DNA of 46,433 nucleotides from Planctomycetes bacterium UBA1146 (GTDB lineage: Bacteria; Planctomycetota; UBA8108; UBA1146). A program made the translations under genes and the position numbers. The DNA lies in the NCBI GenBank assembly GCA_963854815.1, contig CAWLAN010000002.1:1-46433 (forward strand). Direction: 5' to 3'. Below, piece after piece: positions 33,794 through 42,480 of this stretch (position 1 is its first letter; the number at the start of each line of letters is the position of its first letter). Below the pieces are notes generated by a model, which ran no database searches, was not told where the DNA came from, and saw only the letters and a program-made list of their open reading frames with translations.

Positions 33794-36040
33794 TCAGGGG
33801 CTCTGGGGATCTTGGCTCTCCTTCTGGCTCTCCTTCTGGCTCTCTTCCTGGCTCTCTTCCTCGGTCACGGGTTCCCCTGCATCCGCTGTTGAACGCAGTT
33901 GCCGAGCGATCTCGAGCAGTCTGCCGGAAAGTGCACCGACATCCGAGGTGGGAAGATCACAAACCTGATCGACACACAAAAATGCCCGGGGAGAATCCTC
34001 GCCAGCGCGGTCCTGTAGCAACGAAATCACCTCGGCTGCCTTGACCCCCGACTCCCCGGAGGGCCTGAGCGCCACCACGCAGAAGGGAATCGGTGACTCG
34101 ATGGCAGCCTTCAGCAGAGCTCGAGTTTCCTCTCGACTTGGATCTCCGACCACTGCTACGGCAGGGGTGGCGCGGACGAGTGCCTGGACCGCCAGCAACA
34201 GTTCAGCTGATCCGGTCGGATAGGGACCGATCGAACGAAGCCCCGCAGCGATGATGTGTTCGGCGTGGAAGCGGTACTGGCCTTCTCCGGTCAATTCGTG
34301 CAATCGCAACAGACACCTCGCCACAGTGGCATTTCCCGAGGGAATCGCACCATCAAAAAACTCTCTGCGCCTGCCGAGCAAGACCTCGGCTCCTGCGGGT
34401 GCTTCGTACAAACCCTCGTCCTGCTCGAGCGGACCGAAATCGCGCAGGATCAATTGCCAGCAGCGTGCGGCTTCGGCAACAAAGTCGGGCCGAAAGGTGG
34501 CTTCATAGAGATCGAGACAGCATTTCATCCAGAGAGCAGCATCCTGAAGCGTAGCGGGGTTGCCCGCGATTTCACCATCTCTGCGGCGAAGAAAGCCATC
34601 ATCGTTGACGAGAGAACCCTTGAGTGATGCGTAGGCTCCTACCGCCGCTTCGCGGAACACCGGCTCATCGAGCAAAGCCGCGCCTCGAGCCAGTGCCGAG
34701 ATCGCCAGAGCGTTCCAGCCGAGAACCACTTTCGGATCTCGCTTCGGAGCGACGCGATGACTCCTGTGTTGCTCCATCTTGTCAATTCCCTCGGAGAACC
34801 ACGTCTCTGCCACTTCCATCTCGATACCAAGAGATTTGGCGGCACCTTCGAGAGTCGTCGCTCTTCGAGGAACACTTTCTTCTCCCCCCTCGAAGTTCCC
34901 GGGGCTGGTGATACCCAGCACCGTGCACAAAAGAGCGGCACGCTCTTCTCCGAGCAACTCCTCGACCTGCTCTGGGGTCCACACGTAATAGGATCCCTCG
35001 ACACCTCCCGAATCTGCATCCCAGGATCCTGCAAAGGAGCCATCCTCGAGCCGGAACTGGCGCAACATCGCCTCCAGGGTCGCTCGACCGTTGGAGTAGA
35101 GTCCAGCGTCGCTGGTCATCCGTCCGACCTCGAAGTAACTCTCTGCAAGTGATCCCTGGTTGTAGAGCATCTTCTCGAAGTGTGGCACCTGCCACTCTGC
35201 ATCGACGCTGTAACGGTGAAAACCACCCCCGACCTGATCATAGATGCCGCCGGCGGCCATCGCGCGCAACACCGAAACACCCTGATCGATGGCCCCTTGG
35301 TCCCCCCGCATCGTCCCTTCCCCGACCAGATACTGAAGCAGCCGAGGCGCAGGAAATCGTGGCGCCTTCCCGAACCCTGCTGGATCCGGCGTGTAACTGT
35401 CCGCGGCTCCCGTGAGACCTCCATTCAGATATGCCTCCGGCTCGATTCCCTCGAAGACCCGCGCCGATCTCTCTTCGAGACTCCTGGTCAGGCCGATTGC
35501 ATTGTCGATGACCTTCTCCCGCTCCTCACGCCAGACCCGATCGATGGAACTCAATATGTCCATGAAACCTGGCCTGTTGAAACGAGTCCTCGGCGGGAAG
35601 TAGGTTCCACCGAAAAATGGGGTCAGATCCGGCATCAGGAACACGGAGAGGGGCCAACCTCCTCTTCCTGTCATCGCCCTCACTGCATCCATGTAGACAT
35701 CATCGACGTGAGGAAGATCTTCACGGTCGACTTTTATCGAGATGAAGTTCTCGTTGAGGAAAGTGGCGATCTCCTGGTCGGAAAACGACTCTCGCCTCAT
35801 CACATGGCACCAGTGACACGACGAATATCCGATGGAGAGAAAGATGGGACGATCGAGAGCTTGAGCCTTATCGAATGCATCTTGACCCCAGGAATACCAC
35901 TCGACGGGATTTTCAGCATGTTCGCGCAGATAGGCGCTGGGGCTTTTCGCCAATCTCCAGCCCCCATGCTTCGGATCTGAGTCAGGTTCGTCTCCGGGTA
36001 ATGCGAGACAGAAGAGGGTGCAAAGCATCCAGGTATTCAT
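33794..36040 (-). CDS. Thioredoxin-domain protein of the YyaL / DUF255 family (thioredoxin fold plus six-hairpin glycosidase-like domain), 748 aa
   Basis: NPVEWYSWGQDAFDKAQALDRPIFLSIGYSSCHWCHVMRRESF is the DUF255 signature. GGAGG lies 7 nt upstream of the ATG at 36040. The N-terminus is hydrophobic (MNTWMLCTLFCLALPG). The C-terminal tail is the low-complexity EESQEESQKESQKESQDPQSP. Confidence 0.9.
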   Translation of the reverse strand: MNTWMLCTLFCLALPGDEPDSDPKHGGWRLAKSPSAYLREHAENPVEWYSWGQDAFDKAQALDRPIFLSIGYSSCHWCHVMRRESFSDQEIATFLNENFISIKVDREDLPHVDDVYMDAVRAMTGRGGWPLSVFLMPDLTPFFGGTYFPPRTRFNRPGFMDILSSIDRVWREEREKVIDNAIGLTRSLEERSARVFEGIEPEAYLNGGLTGAADSYTPDPAGFGKAPRFPAPRLLQYLVGEGTMRGDQGAIDQGVSVLRAMAAGGIYDQVGGGFHRYSVDAEWQVPHFEKMLYNQGSLAESYFEVGRMTSDAGLYSNGRATLEAMLRQFRLEDGSFAGSWDADSGGVEGSYYVWTPEQVEELLGEERAALLCTVLGITSPGNFEGGEESVPRRATTLEGAAKSLGIEMEVAETWFSEGIDKMEQHRSHRVAPKRDPKVVLGWNALAISALARGAALLDEPVFREAAVGAYASLKGSLVNDDGFLRRRDGEIAGNPATLQDAALWMKCCLDLYEATFRPDFVAEAARCWQLILRDFGPLEQDEGLYEAPAGAEVLLGRRREFFDGAIPSGNATVARCLLRLHELTGEGQYRFHAEHIIAAGLRSIGPYPTGSAELLLAVQALVRATPAVAVVGDPSREETRALLKAAIESPIPFCVVALRPSGESGVKAAEVISLLQDRAGEDSPRAFLCVDQVCDLPTSDVGALSGRLLEIARQLRSTADAGEPVTEEESQEESQKESQKESQDPQSP
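33813..33860. repeat. In-frame 12-nt tandem repeat, 4 units (TGGCTCTCCTTC x2, TGGCTCTCTTCC x2)
   Basis: Read directly from the sequence. On the minus strand it encodes the (E/K)ESQ x4 tail of the YyaL-family protein. Confidence 0.85.
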
Positions 36041-36144
36041 CGATGACCTCCAGCGCTTTATCTTAGTTGGTCGAGCCTGTCGACGTGAGAGGATCCTCCC
36101 AAAGCGAGAAAAATCTCGTTTTTACCACTGGAACCGCTCTTCTC

Positions 36145-37965
36145 TCACTGTTTCGAAGTACCTTGCTCGGGTACTACAACTTCGCCATAAAAGAGCCAGC
36201 CAGGGCGATAGTCTCTCTCCAGTTCCGTTCCAGTGAGAGCCGCACGCACCATCTCGATGGGAATCGAGTTGTTCTGAAGAACTCGGTCGTGGAATTCTTT
36301 ATCGGTCATCTTGCCCGAATCGACCAGTTCATCGTGGAGTGCCATCAGTTGCAAACCTCCGAGCATGTATGCCGCCTGATAGAGGGGACCATAACTACCG
36401 CTCACAGAGCGCCGCACCTCGGCAGTGGCATTGTTTCGTTCGTGACCAACGTTTTCGATCAAGAAATCGATGGCTTCCTCGGCTGTCATCTTTCCAAGGT
36501 GATAACTGAGTGAGAAGATGATCCGTGCACAGCGATGGGTACGCCAGAACAGCATCCCCACGCGATTCTCGGCGGATTTCGCAAAGTCCTTGTTCCACAG
36601 CAACATCTCCCAGTACAGAGCCCACCCCTCCGACCAGAAAGGAGTGCCGAAGGCACCACGATGAGTCCTGTGACGGCTGGTCATGAACCCTTGAAGATGA
36701 TGTCCGGGAATCAACTCGTGATGAACGGTGGCACGGGCGAAATGTCGATTGTTTCCCCTCATGCTCATCAACTTATCGGCATGGTCCATCTCGTGAGTCG
36801 GAAACGCGACCCGAATCGTTTCACCACCGAGAAAGTAAGGACTGAACTTCTGGCTCTCTGCCGACAACATCTCCATCCGCCACGTTTGCTTGCACAGATC
36901 TGGAATCGTGACCAGATCCCGTTCTTCCAGAAATGCCACCGCCTCGTGAGCGAGATCCCGGATCAACTCGGGTTGCTTGCCAGGCTCTACATGCATCTCC
37001 TTGACGTGATCGAGAGCCGCACGCCAGTCTTCCCCGAATCCCAGATCTCGCGAAGCTCGTAACATCTCTTTTCTGCACCACTCGAACTCGGTTCGGGCAA
37101 TTTCGATCAACTGCTCGGGAGAATAGGCGATCATTTCATGTTCGAGCATGCTCAGCAGTTCATCTCTGCCGACTGGATCTCCGATGATGGGAGGATCATC
37201 CGGATCGGTGATCCCGACCACCTTCTTACGAATGAACCCGGAGTATTCCTCGAGGGATTTATCGACCGCCCTATAGGGCTTCTCTACCCACCAGCTAAAA
37301 AGCGGGTCGTATCCGGAATAGAAGCGGTACCAGCCCGACAGGGTTCGCTGGAGACGATCCACCATCCCGGCACCACGATGAGCAACAGAAGGATCGATGG
37401 GAGCCTCCTCCATCTTCTTTTCGATGGCTTCTCGTGCTTTTTTGACCGCCTGTTCGAGACCGGAAATGGTCAATGCGAGTTTTTCTGCATCGATGGATTC
37501 GATCCTGCGGCGCTTTTGCTGCAGATCGATGATGGTCGAGGAGAAGGGGACAAACTGTCGAATCTGTTCATTCTTGGTCATGTCATGTTCGATGGACCGG
37601 AGACGATAGCGAAGATCATTCTGAAACAGCACGTGATCGATTCGTTCATCCTGTCCGAGTGCTTCGAAATCAATATCGTCGAGAACCTTGACCCAGTGCT
37701 CCAGATATTCACGGTTTTTTTCGGAAGCCAGCGGCGACATCGGCGCATCGTAAAATCTCTGGATGTTTCGGCGATCCACTGAAAAGAGTTCGATCATTCC
37801 CCGCAGTGGTGACAGGGTTCCATCGGGATTGCCCCCCGGGTGGTCGCCGGACTGGATTGTTTTCGAATCCAACGAAGTCGATGCGGTAATACCCAATTTC
37901 CCTGGAACCAGAACACAGGAGACGAGCAACAGTAGCACCAGGATCAAGGTTGCATGGATTTTCAT
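36145..37965 (-). CDS. DUF885 family protein (606 aa), secreted
   Basis: The signal peptide is MKIHATLILVLLLLVSCVLVPG. The VHHELIPGHHLQGF motif and overall length are typical of DUF885. GGAAGGAA lies upstream of the ATG at 37965. Confidence 0.88.
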   Translation of the reverse strand: MKIHATLILVLLLLVSCVLVPGKLGITASTSLDSKTIQSGDHPGGNPDGTLSPLRGMIELFSVDRRNIQRFYDAPMSPLASEKNREYLEHWVKVLDDIDFEALGQDERIDHVLFQNDLRYRLRSIEHDMTKNEQIRQFVPFSSTIIDLQQKRRRIESIDAEKLALTISGLEQAVKKAREAIEKKMEEAPIDPSVAHRGAGMVDRLQRTLSGWYRFYSGYDPLFSWWVEKPYRAVDKSLEEYSGFIRKKVVGITDPDDPPIIGDPVGRDELLSMLEHEMIAYSPEQLIEIARTEFEWCRKEMLRASRDLGFGEDWRAALDHVKEMHVEPGKQPELIRDLAHEAVAFLEERDLVTIPDLCKQTWRMEMLSAESQKFSPYFLGGETIRVAFPTHEMDHADKLMSMRGNNRHFARATVHHELIPGHHLQGFMTSRHRTHRGAFGTPFWSEGWALYWEMLLWNKDFAKSAENRVGMLFWRTHRCARIIFSLSYHLGKMTAEEAIDFLIENVGHERNNATAEVRRSVSGSYGPLYQAAYMLGGLQLMALHDELVDSGKMTDKEFHDRVLQNNSIPIEMVRAALTGTELERDYRPGWLFYGEVVVPEQGTSKQ

Positions 37966-38229
37966 CGATGGTTCCTTCCGGCAAATCTCGAGTATCGGTC
38001 CAGTCTAGAGACCACGGACTCGACTACAACAGCACAAGAGCGCATCACTCAGACGATAGCGGTTATGTGTCGATGGTCAGGCGAAGAGAGTCACCTGGCA
38101 ACCTCCAACTTCTCAATGAAGTGGAGAGAAGAAAATAACGAAGCAGGGGGGCAATCTGCTGGGGAACCTCTCGCGGCTCCGACCTGGGAGACTGTCCCCC
38201 TGCTCAAGTACTCAACTCACGAAATTTAC

Positions 38230-38418
38230 CTATGCCTGAACGCGTTCCTTCTGAGCAGCAAACATCGAAGCAAAGAAAGAACCACAGAAGCCCGCCAGTC
38301 CGGCCGCCACGTAAGGGTCAAGAGCGCCACTGACCTTGTTCACGATGAACCAGGCGACCACTGTGACGATGCCGCCGATGATCCCGGTGTATGCATTTTT
38401 CCCGAGATTGTTGTTCAT
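38230..38418 (-). CDS. Possible small two-TM membrane protein (62 aa)
   Basis: The ATG at 38416-38418 has GGAG about 9 nt upstream. There are two Gly/Ala-rich hydrophobic segments: TGIIGGIVTVVAWFIV and AAGLAGFCGSFFASMFA. I recognise no family, so the call rests on ORF plus hydrophobicity only. Confidence 0.4.
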   Translation of the reverse strand: MNNNLGKNAYTGIIGGIVTVVAWFIVNKVSGALDPYVAAGLAGFCGSFFASMFAAQKERVQA

Positions 38419-38658
38419 TCCCCGTCTCCCCTCTCACCCGGAGGCCAACCCTCAGGGCGAAAGAACTTTACGAAACTTTTACCATTGCTGTCAAATCGTC
38501 TAAACCCGACTTGCTGATCGATTTGTACGCAAACAGGCGTTTTTTGACAATACGGTCCGATGCGGTCCTATCTCCGGATTCTATCTTCCTGCAATTCAAG
38601 CGGGCGGATCGTCACCACGGGGGCGACGAACTGGAATCCCAAAGAAAGGGAGGTCTAC

Positions 38659-40488
38659 ATGACCAACCTCTATATGCCGAAGAGTTTCGCCCCATTTCTC
38701 TTCATCTTTTCTCTCCTGACGGTTGCCACTTTTTCTACCAGCAACCTTTCTGCTCAAGTTCACATGACCAACCTCGGAACCAGGGGGCTCGAATTGTCGC
38801 TGGAGATGACCCCGACCAGTGATGGCAACTACGTCACCGTCGGTCCTGTTATTCGCAGGTCACTCACAAGTGGTGCCGCGGTCGGGATCGACATCTATCT
38901 GAACAAGGTGGATGGTAGCGGAGCATTGATCTGGTCGAGCCAGATCGCCCAGATCGGGCCCCAGGGAATCGGCAACAGTTTCCCGCTGTCTGTCACCGAA
39001 ACCATCGACGCCACCGGCGTCGTCAGTGGATTTGCGGTTACCGGCATGCTAGCTGCAGCAGGGAACCAGGAGCCCGTTTTCATCGTCACCACAGACAACA
39101 ACGGCATGCCAACTCGCTACAACAGTTATGGTGGAATTCTCCCCGCGGCTGGCGCCAATATTGGAACGATGGCCGGTTTCGGAGCTCAGATCATCCAGAA
39201 TCACCAGGGACAACTGGTCGTCTGCGGATCGGTTCTACTGGGTGATATGGGGTTCGATCCCTTCATCGTCGGACAGGTACCCTTCATCCTGGTCGTGGAG
39301 CCAGACCTGAGTTTGAACTTCCTTCGTCTCTACCATGACGTTCGTTACATCAACAATCTGTTCGGATTCGATGTCAGGAGCCACTTCGCTGACATTGAAG
39401 TGATCCTCCCAAACGCCAATAACACTCTGCCGGAAGGATACGTGGTAGTGGGTACTACCCAGAAGATGGATGAGCCCCTCAGGGAGATCATCGTCATGCG
39501 CACCGATCTGGCTGGTAACCCGGTCGCGGTAGGTGTGTACGGTCCCGAGAACGGCAACTCCCGGGGCACCGCCATCGAGGTCACCTCGACAGGTGATCTG
39601 GAGGTCGCTGGTCTCGTCCGAGACGCCACTGGGCTGCCGGCGGTCACTCGAGTACTGAAGCTCGATCCGGTCCTTTTGAACATTCTCGATCAGGATCAGT
39701 ACTACGGCTTCACCACGCTCGGTGATATTCGCGAAACCGCCAACGGCGATTTCCTGCTCAGCGGACGTGGTACCTTCGATGCCGATGGGGCCATCCTGAG
39801 AATCCAGAGTGACGGCACCCTCGTGTTCGGAAACGGATACGGAGGACCGAACGTCGAACTCTTCTGGGATACACACGAGATGCCCAACGGCGACCTCTAT
39901 GCCAGCGGTGTCACCACCACCTGGTGCCTGGGCCCTGCCGATGAATATCTCACACGCGCCAAGTCGGACGGCACGGTTCCCGGCTGCAATGTGTATGCGC
40001 TCAACATCGACCCCTATACTCCCAACGACGCACGCCGGGAAACCTGGATGGAGATACAGGATCTCGACAAGGTCATCGATCACGGCTACGAGGATCTGGG
40101 ACCAGATACCCGCGTAAGGCGGATCTGCCCGGTCATCATCATCGTCCACCCGTGGCCGTGGGATTGGTTCATTCGCGCTGACTTCAACCGTGATCTCGTC
40201 GTCGACATCGCGGATGTGGTCTCGAACCTGAGCCACCAGTTCAACGGAGGCGAAGCAGCGGTTCCAGAAGAAGCTGCCGACGCGAACGGTGACGGTGTGG
40301 TCGACATCAGCGATGCGATTTTCGGACTCGCGTACCTGTTCAATGACGGTACGGTGCCACCGGCACCCTTCGAGGCACCAGGTCCGGATCCGGCCAACAA
40401 CCAGGGCAACATCTTCGTACTGGAAGAACTGCCGCAGGCACTCGCTGGATTCAACTTGATGATGCAACTGCTGGAGTTAGGGCTCTAG
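38659..40488 (+). CDS. Secreted repeat (possibly beta-propeller) protein (609 aa) with a degenerate C-terminal dockerin-like module
   Basis: I chose the ATG at 38659, which has AGGGAGG 6 nt upstream. The signal peptide is MTNLYMPKSFAPFLFIFSLLTVATFSTSNLSAQ. The body is Gly/Thr/Val-rich with recurring G-D-(F/L)-x-(V/L)-x-G segments. The 410-aa ORF on the opposite strand is judged a shadow. Confidence 0.7.
   Translation: MTNLYMPKSFAPFLFIFSLLTVATFSTSNLSAQVHMTNLGTRGLELSLEMTPTSDGNYVTVGPVIRRSLTSGAAVGIDIYLNKVDGSGALIWSSQIAQIGPQGIGNSFPLSVTETIDATGVVSGFAVTGMLAAAGNQEPVFIVTTDNNGMPTRYNSYGGILPAAGANIGTMAGFGAQIIQNHQGQLVVCGSVLLGDMGFDPFIVGQVPFILVVEPDLSLNFLRLYHDVRYINNLFGFDVRSHFADIEVILPNANNTLPEGYVVVGTTQKMDEPLREIIVMRTDLAGNPVAVGVYGPENGNSRGTAIEVTSTGDLEVAGLVRDATGLPAVTRVLKLDPVLLNILDQDQYYGFTTLGDIRETANGDFLLSGRGTFDADGAILRIQSDGTLVFGNGYGGPNVELFWDTHEMPNGDLYASGVTTTWCLGPADEYLTRAKSDGTVPGCNVYALNIDPYTPNDARRETWMEIQDLDKVIDHGYEDLGPDTRVRRICPVIIIVHPWPWDWFIRADFNRDLVVDIADVVSNLSHQFNGGEAAVPEEAADANGDGVVDISDAIFGLAYLFNDGTVPPAPFEAPGPDPANNQGNIFVLEELPQALAGFNLMMQLLELGL
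40168..40401 (+). other. Dockerin-like double EF-hand module, degenerate copy E (first loop eroded, no Cys)
   Basis: FIRADFNRDLVVDIADVVSNLSHQFNGGEAAVPEEAADANGDGVVDISDAIFGLAYLFNDGTVPPAPFEAPGPDPANN is followed by a hydrophobic or amphipathic tail IFVLEELPQALAGFNLMMQLLELGL. Confidence 0.55.
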
Positions 40489-40516
40489 GCACCTGAGTTA
40501 CTGCAAACGCATCACG

Positions 40517-40554
40517 AAAAACTGCCTCGCCGGTTGAACCGGCGAGGCAGTTTT
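40517..40554. terminator. Bidirectional rho-independent terminator between convergent genes
   Basis: AAAAA-CTGCCTCGCCGG-TTGAA-CCGGCGAGGCAG-TTTT. This is a perfect 12-bp GC-rich stem with a 5-nt loop, flanked by an A-run and a T-run. Confidence 0.75.
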
Positions 40555-40578
40555 ATTGTGGAAATCCTCATCGGTTTG

Positions 40579-42006
40579 TCAAACCCCCAGCAGTTCGGGC
40601 AGCACCTCGGTGAGCAATTGATCCGCTTCGGCTGCGTTGTTGCCGATTCCGATCACGTCGAACTTTCCCGACAAAAGCAGCGGTCCGACGTTATAGAGTA
40701 AAAACTGACCTTCACCGGTACGAACATCGTAGAGACGATCTCCGATTCGATCACAGATCTCCGTGAAAGGAACACCGATCAGATTCTCGTGGATGAAATC
40801 CTGCGCCCGATACGCCGGCCGTTTGCCAGGAATCACCCGATCGACCAGATGCATCGGAGTACTGGTTCCTCCCCAGCGTCCGTTGCATTCGGTGATCCTC
40901 AGCACCGGATCGTCCTCGGGATCCCCCACAATCAGATGATCGAAGGAACAGCGCCCGACGTAACCGAGTTCCTGGAGAGCCATGACAACGGGGCGTGATT
41001 GACTGACGAGAGCATCGTTGATGGATTTCGGATGATTCGACGGTCGACTTCCAACGAACAGTTTCTCTTCCCCCTCGAGGATCTGTTCGTAAATCCCGTC
41101 GATCCGGGGAGCGCCATTGCCCCGGGGAGGAATCCACCATTGCGTCGAGGGAGAAAGATCGGTCTCCTCCCAGACACAGACGATCACTTCCTCTCCCTCG
41201 GGCCAGTCCATCGAGGCGAGAGCATCCGAGACCAACTTCTCCAGCGCCGAATCCCCAAGACCGACAAGATCCTCGCAATGAAGCAGTCGATTGCCCATGG
41301 CGGAAGCACAACGCGGTCGCTTGAGGGCGATCCGGACGCCTTCCGAGGAGATCTCCCGGATACGACCAACCAGCGTCGAAACATCTTTTGCGGTCCTGGT
41401 GACAACAAGCGCCTCTTCCCCCAGCACATCTGCGACCAGTTCCGAGAAAAGTGCCTTGTCGTTGGCAACCCACATCACCTCCGGAGGAGGTGAAACCATC
41501 TGGACGCAACAGCCGGAATCGGATGAGATCATCTGGGCCAGTGCCCATGCATCCTCGATTCCCATGTAAGGCTCGATCAATAATCCGGAGGACTCACGGG
41601 TTTTCTCGACGAGGCGCTGGTAGGTCGCTCCAACTTTGCACCCATTCGCAACCTCCAGGGCACCATTTTCGGGGTGTGCGAAAACGTGTTCCGGAGAGCC
41701 GAGACCGAGGTACTGGCGGCAGTAATTTTCGTATCCAGCAGCAGGTTCTGTGACAGTGGCGAAGAGATCGCCATCACCGCAGCGAATTCGGGCCCGGTGC
41801 TGGTATTCATCCACTCCCTCGACACCGCTGAGAAAGGGAATTCCTGAAACGTCGTCGAGGTGAAGGGTCGGCAATTCACGATCACCGTCCCACTGATGAG
41901 AAGCCCACATCTCGGTGGCAGCGGTCAAACCATGTCTCTCGGAGTAGGCACGCGCCGCCCTCGAGATCATCTCCGGGTCTATCTTCGAAACACTCTCGGC
42001 AACCAT
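40579..42006 (-). CDS. ATP-grasp superfamily protein with a pre-ATP-grasp N-domain (PGM1-like peptide-ligase type), 475 aa
   Basis: I chose the ATG at 42004-42006, which has AGGAGG 8 nt upstream; the track start at 42024 is a GTG. The C-terminal part has GYVGRCSFDHLIV....ITECNGRWGGTS, resembling the ATP-grasp Mg/ATP-binding E.N.R motif. The overall size and N-domain recall PGM1-like ligases. The assignment rests on pattern recall only. Confidence 0.6.
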   Translation of the reverse strand: MVAESVSKIDPEMISRAARAYSERHGLTAATEMWASHQWDGDRELPTLHLDDVSGIPFLSGVEGVDEYQHRARIRCGDGDLFATVTEPAAGYENYCRQYLGLGSPEHVFAHPENGALEVANGCKVGATYQRLVEKTRESSGLLIEPYMGIEDAWALAQMISSDSGCCVQMVSPPPEVMWVANDKALFSELVADVLGEEALVVTRTAKDVSTLVGRIREISSEGVRIALKRPRCASAMGNRLLHCEDLVGLGDSALEKLVSDALASMDWPEGEEVIVCVWEETDLSPSTQWWIPPRGNGAPRIDGIYEQILEGEEKLFVGSRPSNHPKSINDALVSQSRPVVMALQELGYVGRCSFDHLIVGDPEDDPVLRITECNGRWGGTSTPMHLVDRVIPGKRPAYRAQDFIHENLIGVPFTEICDRIGDRLYDVRTGEGQFLLYNVGPLLLSGKFDVIGIGNNAAEADQLLTEVLPELLGV

Positions 42007-42480
42007 CGTCGTCGCCTCCTGCACTTCAAGTCCTTCAGATGGGTCACTTCGCCGCCTGGTTACTTCTCATCCTCCTCATCGGCCGTTTACCGGCTGAAGT
42101 TCACCGGTTTCAAAATTCCCGTTCCAGAACTGCTCGGATTACCGGACCACCCACCCCCAATCTCATCCTCCCATAGAATCATCGACCTTCAGATCCGTTA
42201 TTCCCTGCGTGGGATCGGCGTTGACCACACGGACACGCGCAAACCGTAACGATGCATCGATGGTGAAAGTGCACCGGGCTGTTGTATCTAGAGACCTGAC
42301 TCATTCGAAACTCTGGTAAGGAATCGTGCCGAAGCGTCATGGTGCAGACGCGAAACCGTGACATCCGAGGGTCCCCTTCCCCTTGGTCGGCAGCATACCC
42401 CACTCCTGGAACCGATTCCTCCGGCTATCTGGACCTTGTTCTGCTGCTGGAAGCTGCCATCTTTCGAGGAGGGAGGTGCG

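Noticed and set aside
38142-38204. A 9-bp stem AGCAGGGGG / CCCCCTGCT downstream of the small membrane-protein gene, considered as a terminator
   Set aside because: The loop is about 45 nt with no obvious internal pairing. Only a modest T-rich run follows on the minus strand. This is too weak to annotate.
39235-40467. A 410-aa ORF on the minus strand, antisense to the 38659-40488 gene
   Set aside because: The + strand product has an SD, a signal peptide and a C-terminal module homologous to four other proteins in the window. The minus-strand product is Asp/Val/Ile/Glu-rich in the way expected for the antisense reading of Asp/Asn/Gly-rich codons. It has no start context. It is a shadow ORF.
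42179-42403. A 74-aa minus-strand ORF with a Cys-rich C-terminus (CIVTVCACPCG) upstream of the ATP-grasp gene, considered as a RiPP precursor
   Set aside because: It has a GTG start without a properly spaced SD and a 172-nt gap to the ligase gene. Its composition is Arg/His-rich. PGM1-like ligases are not known to me to require such precursors. There is no supporting evidence.
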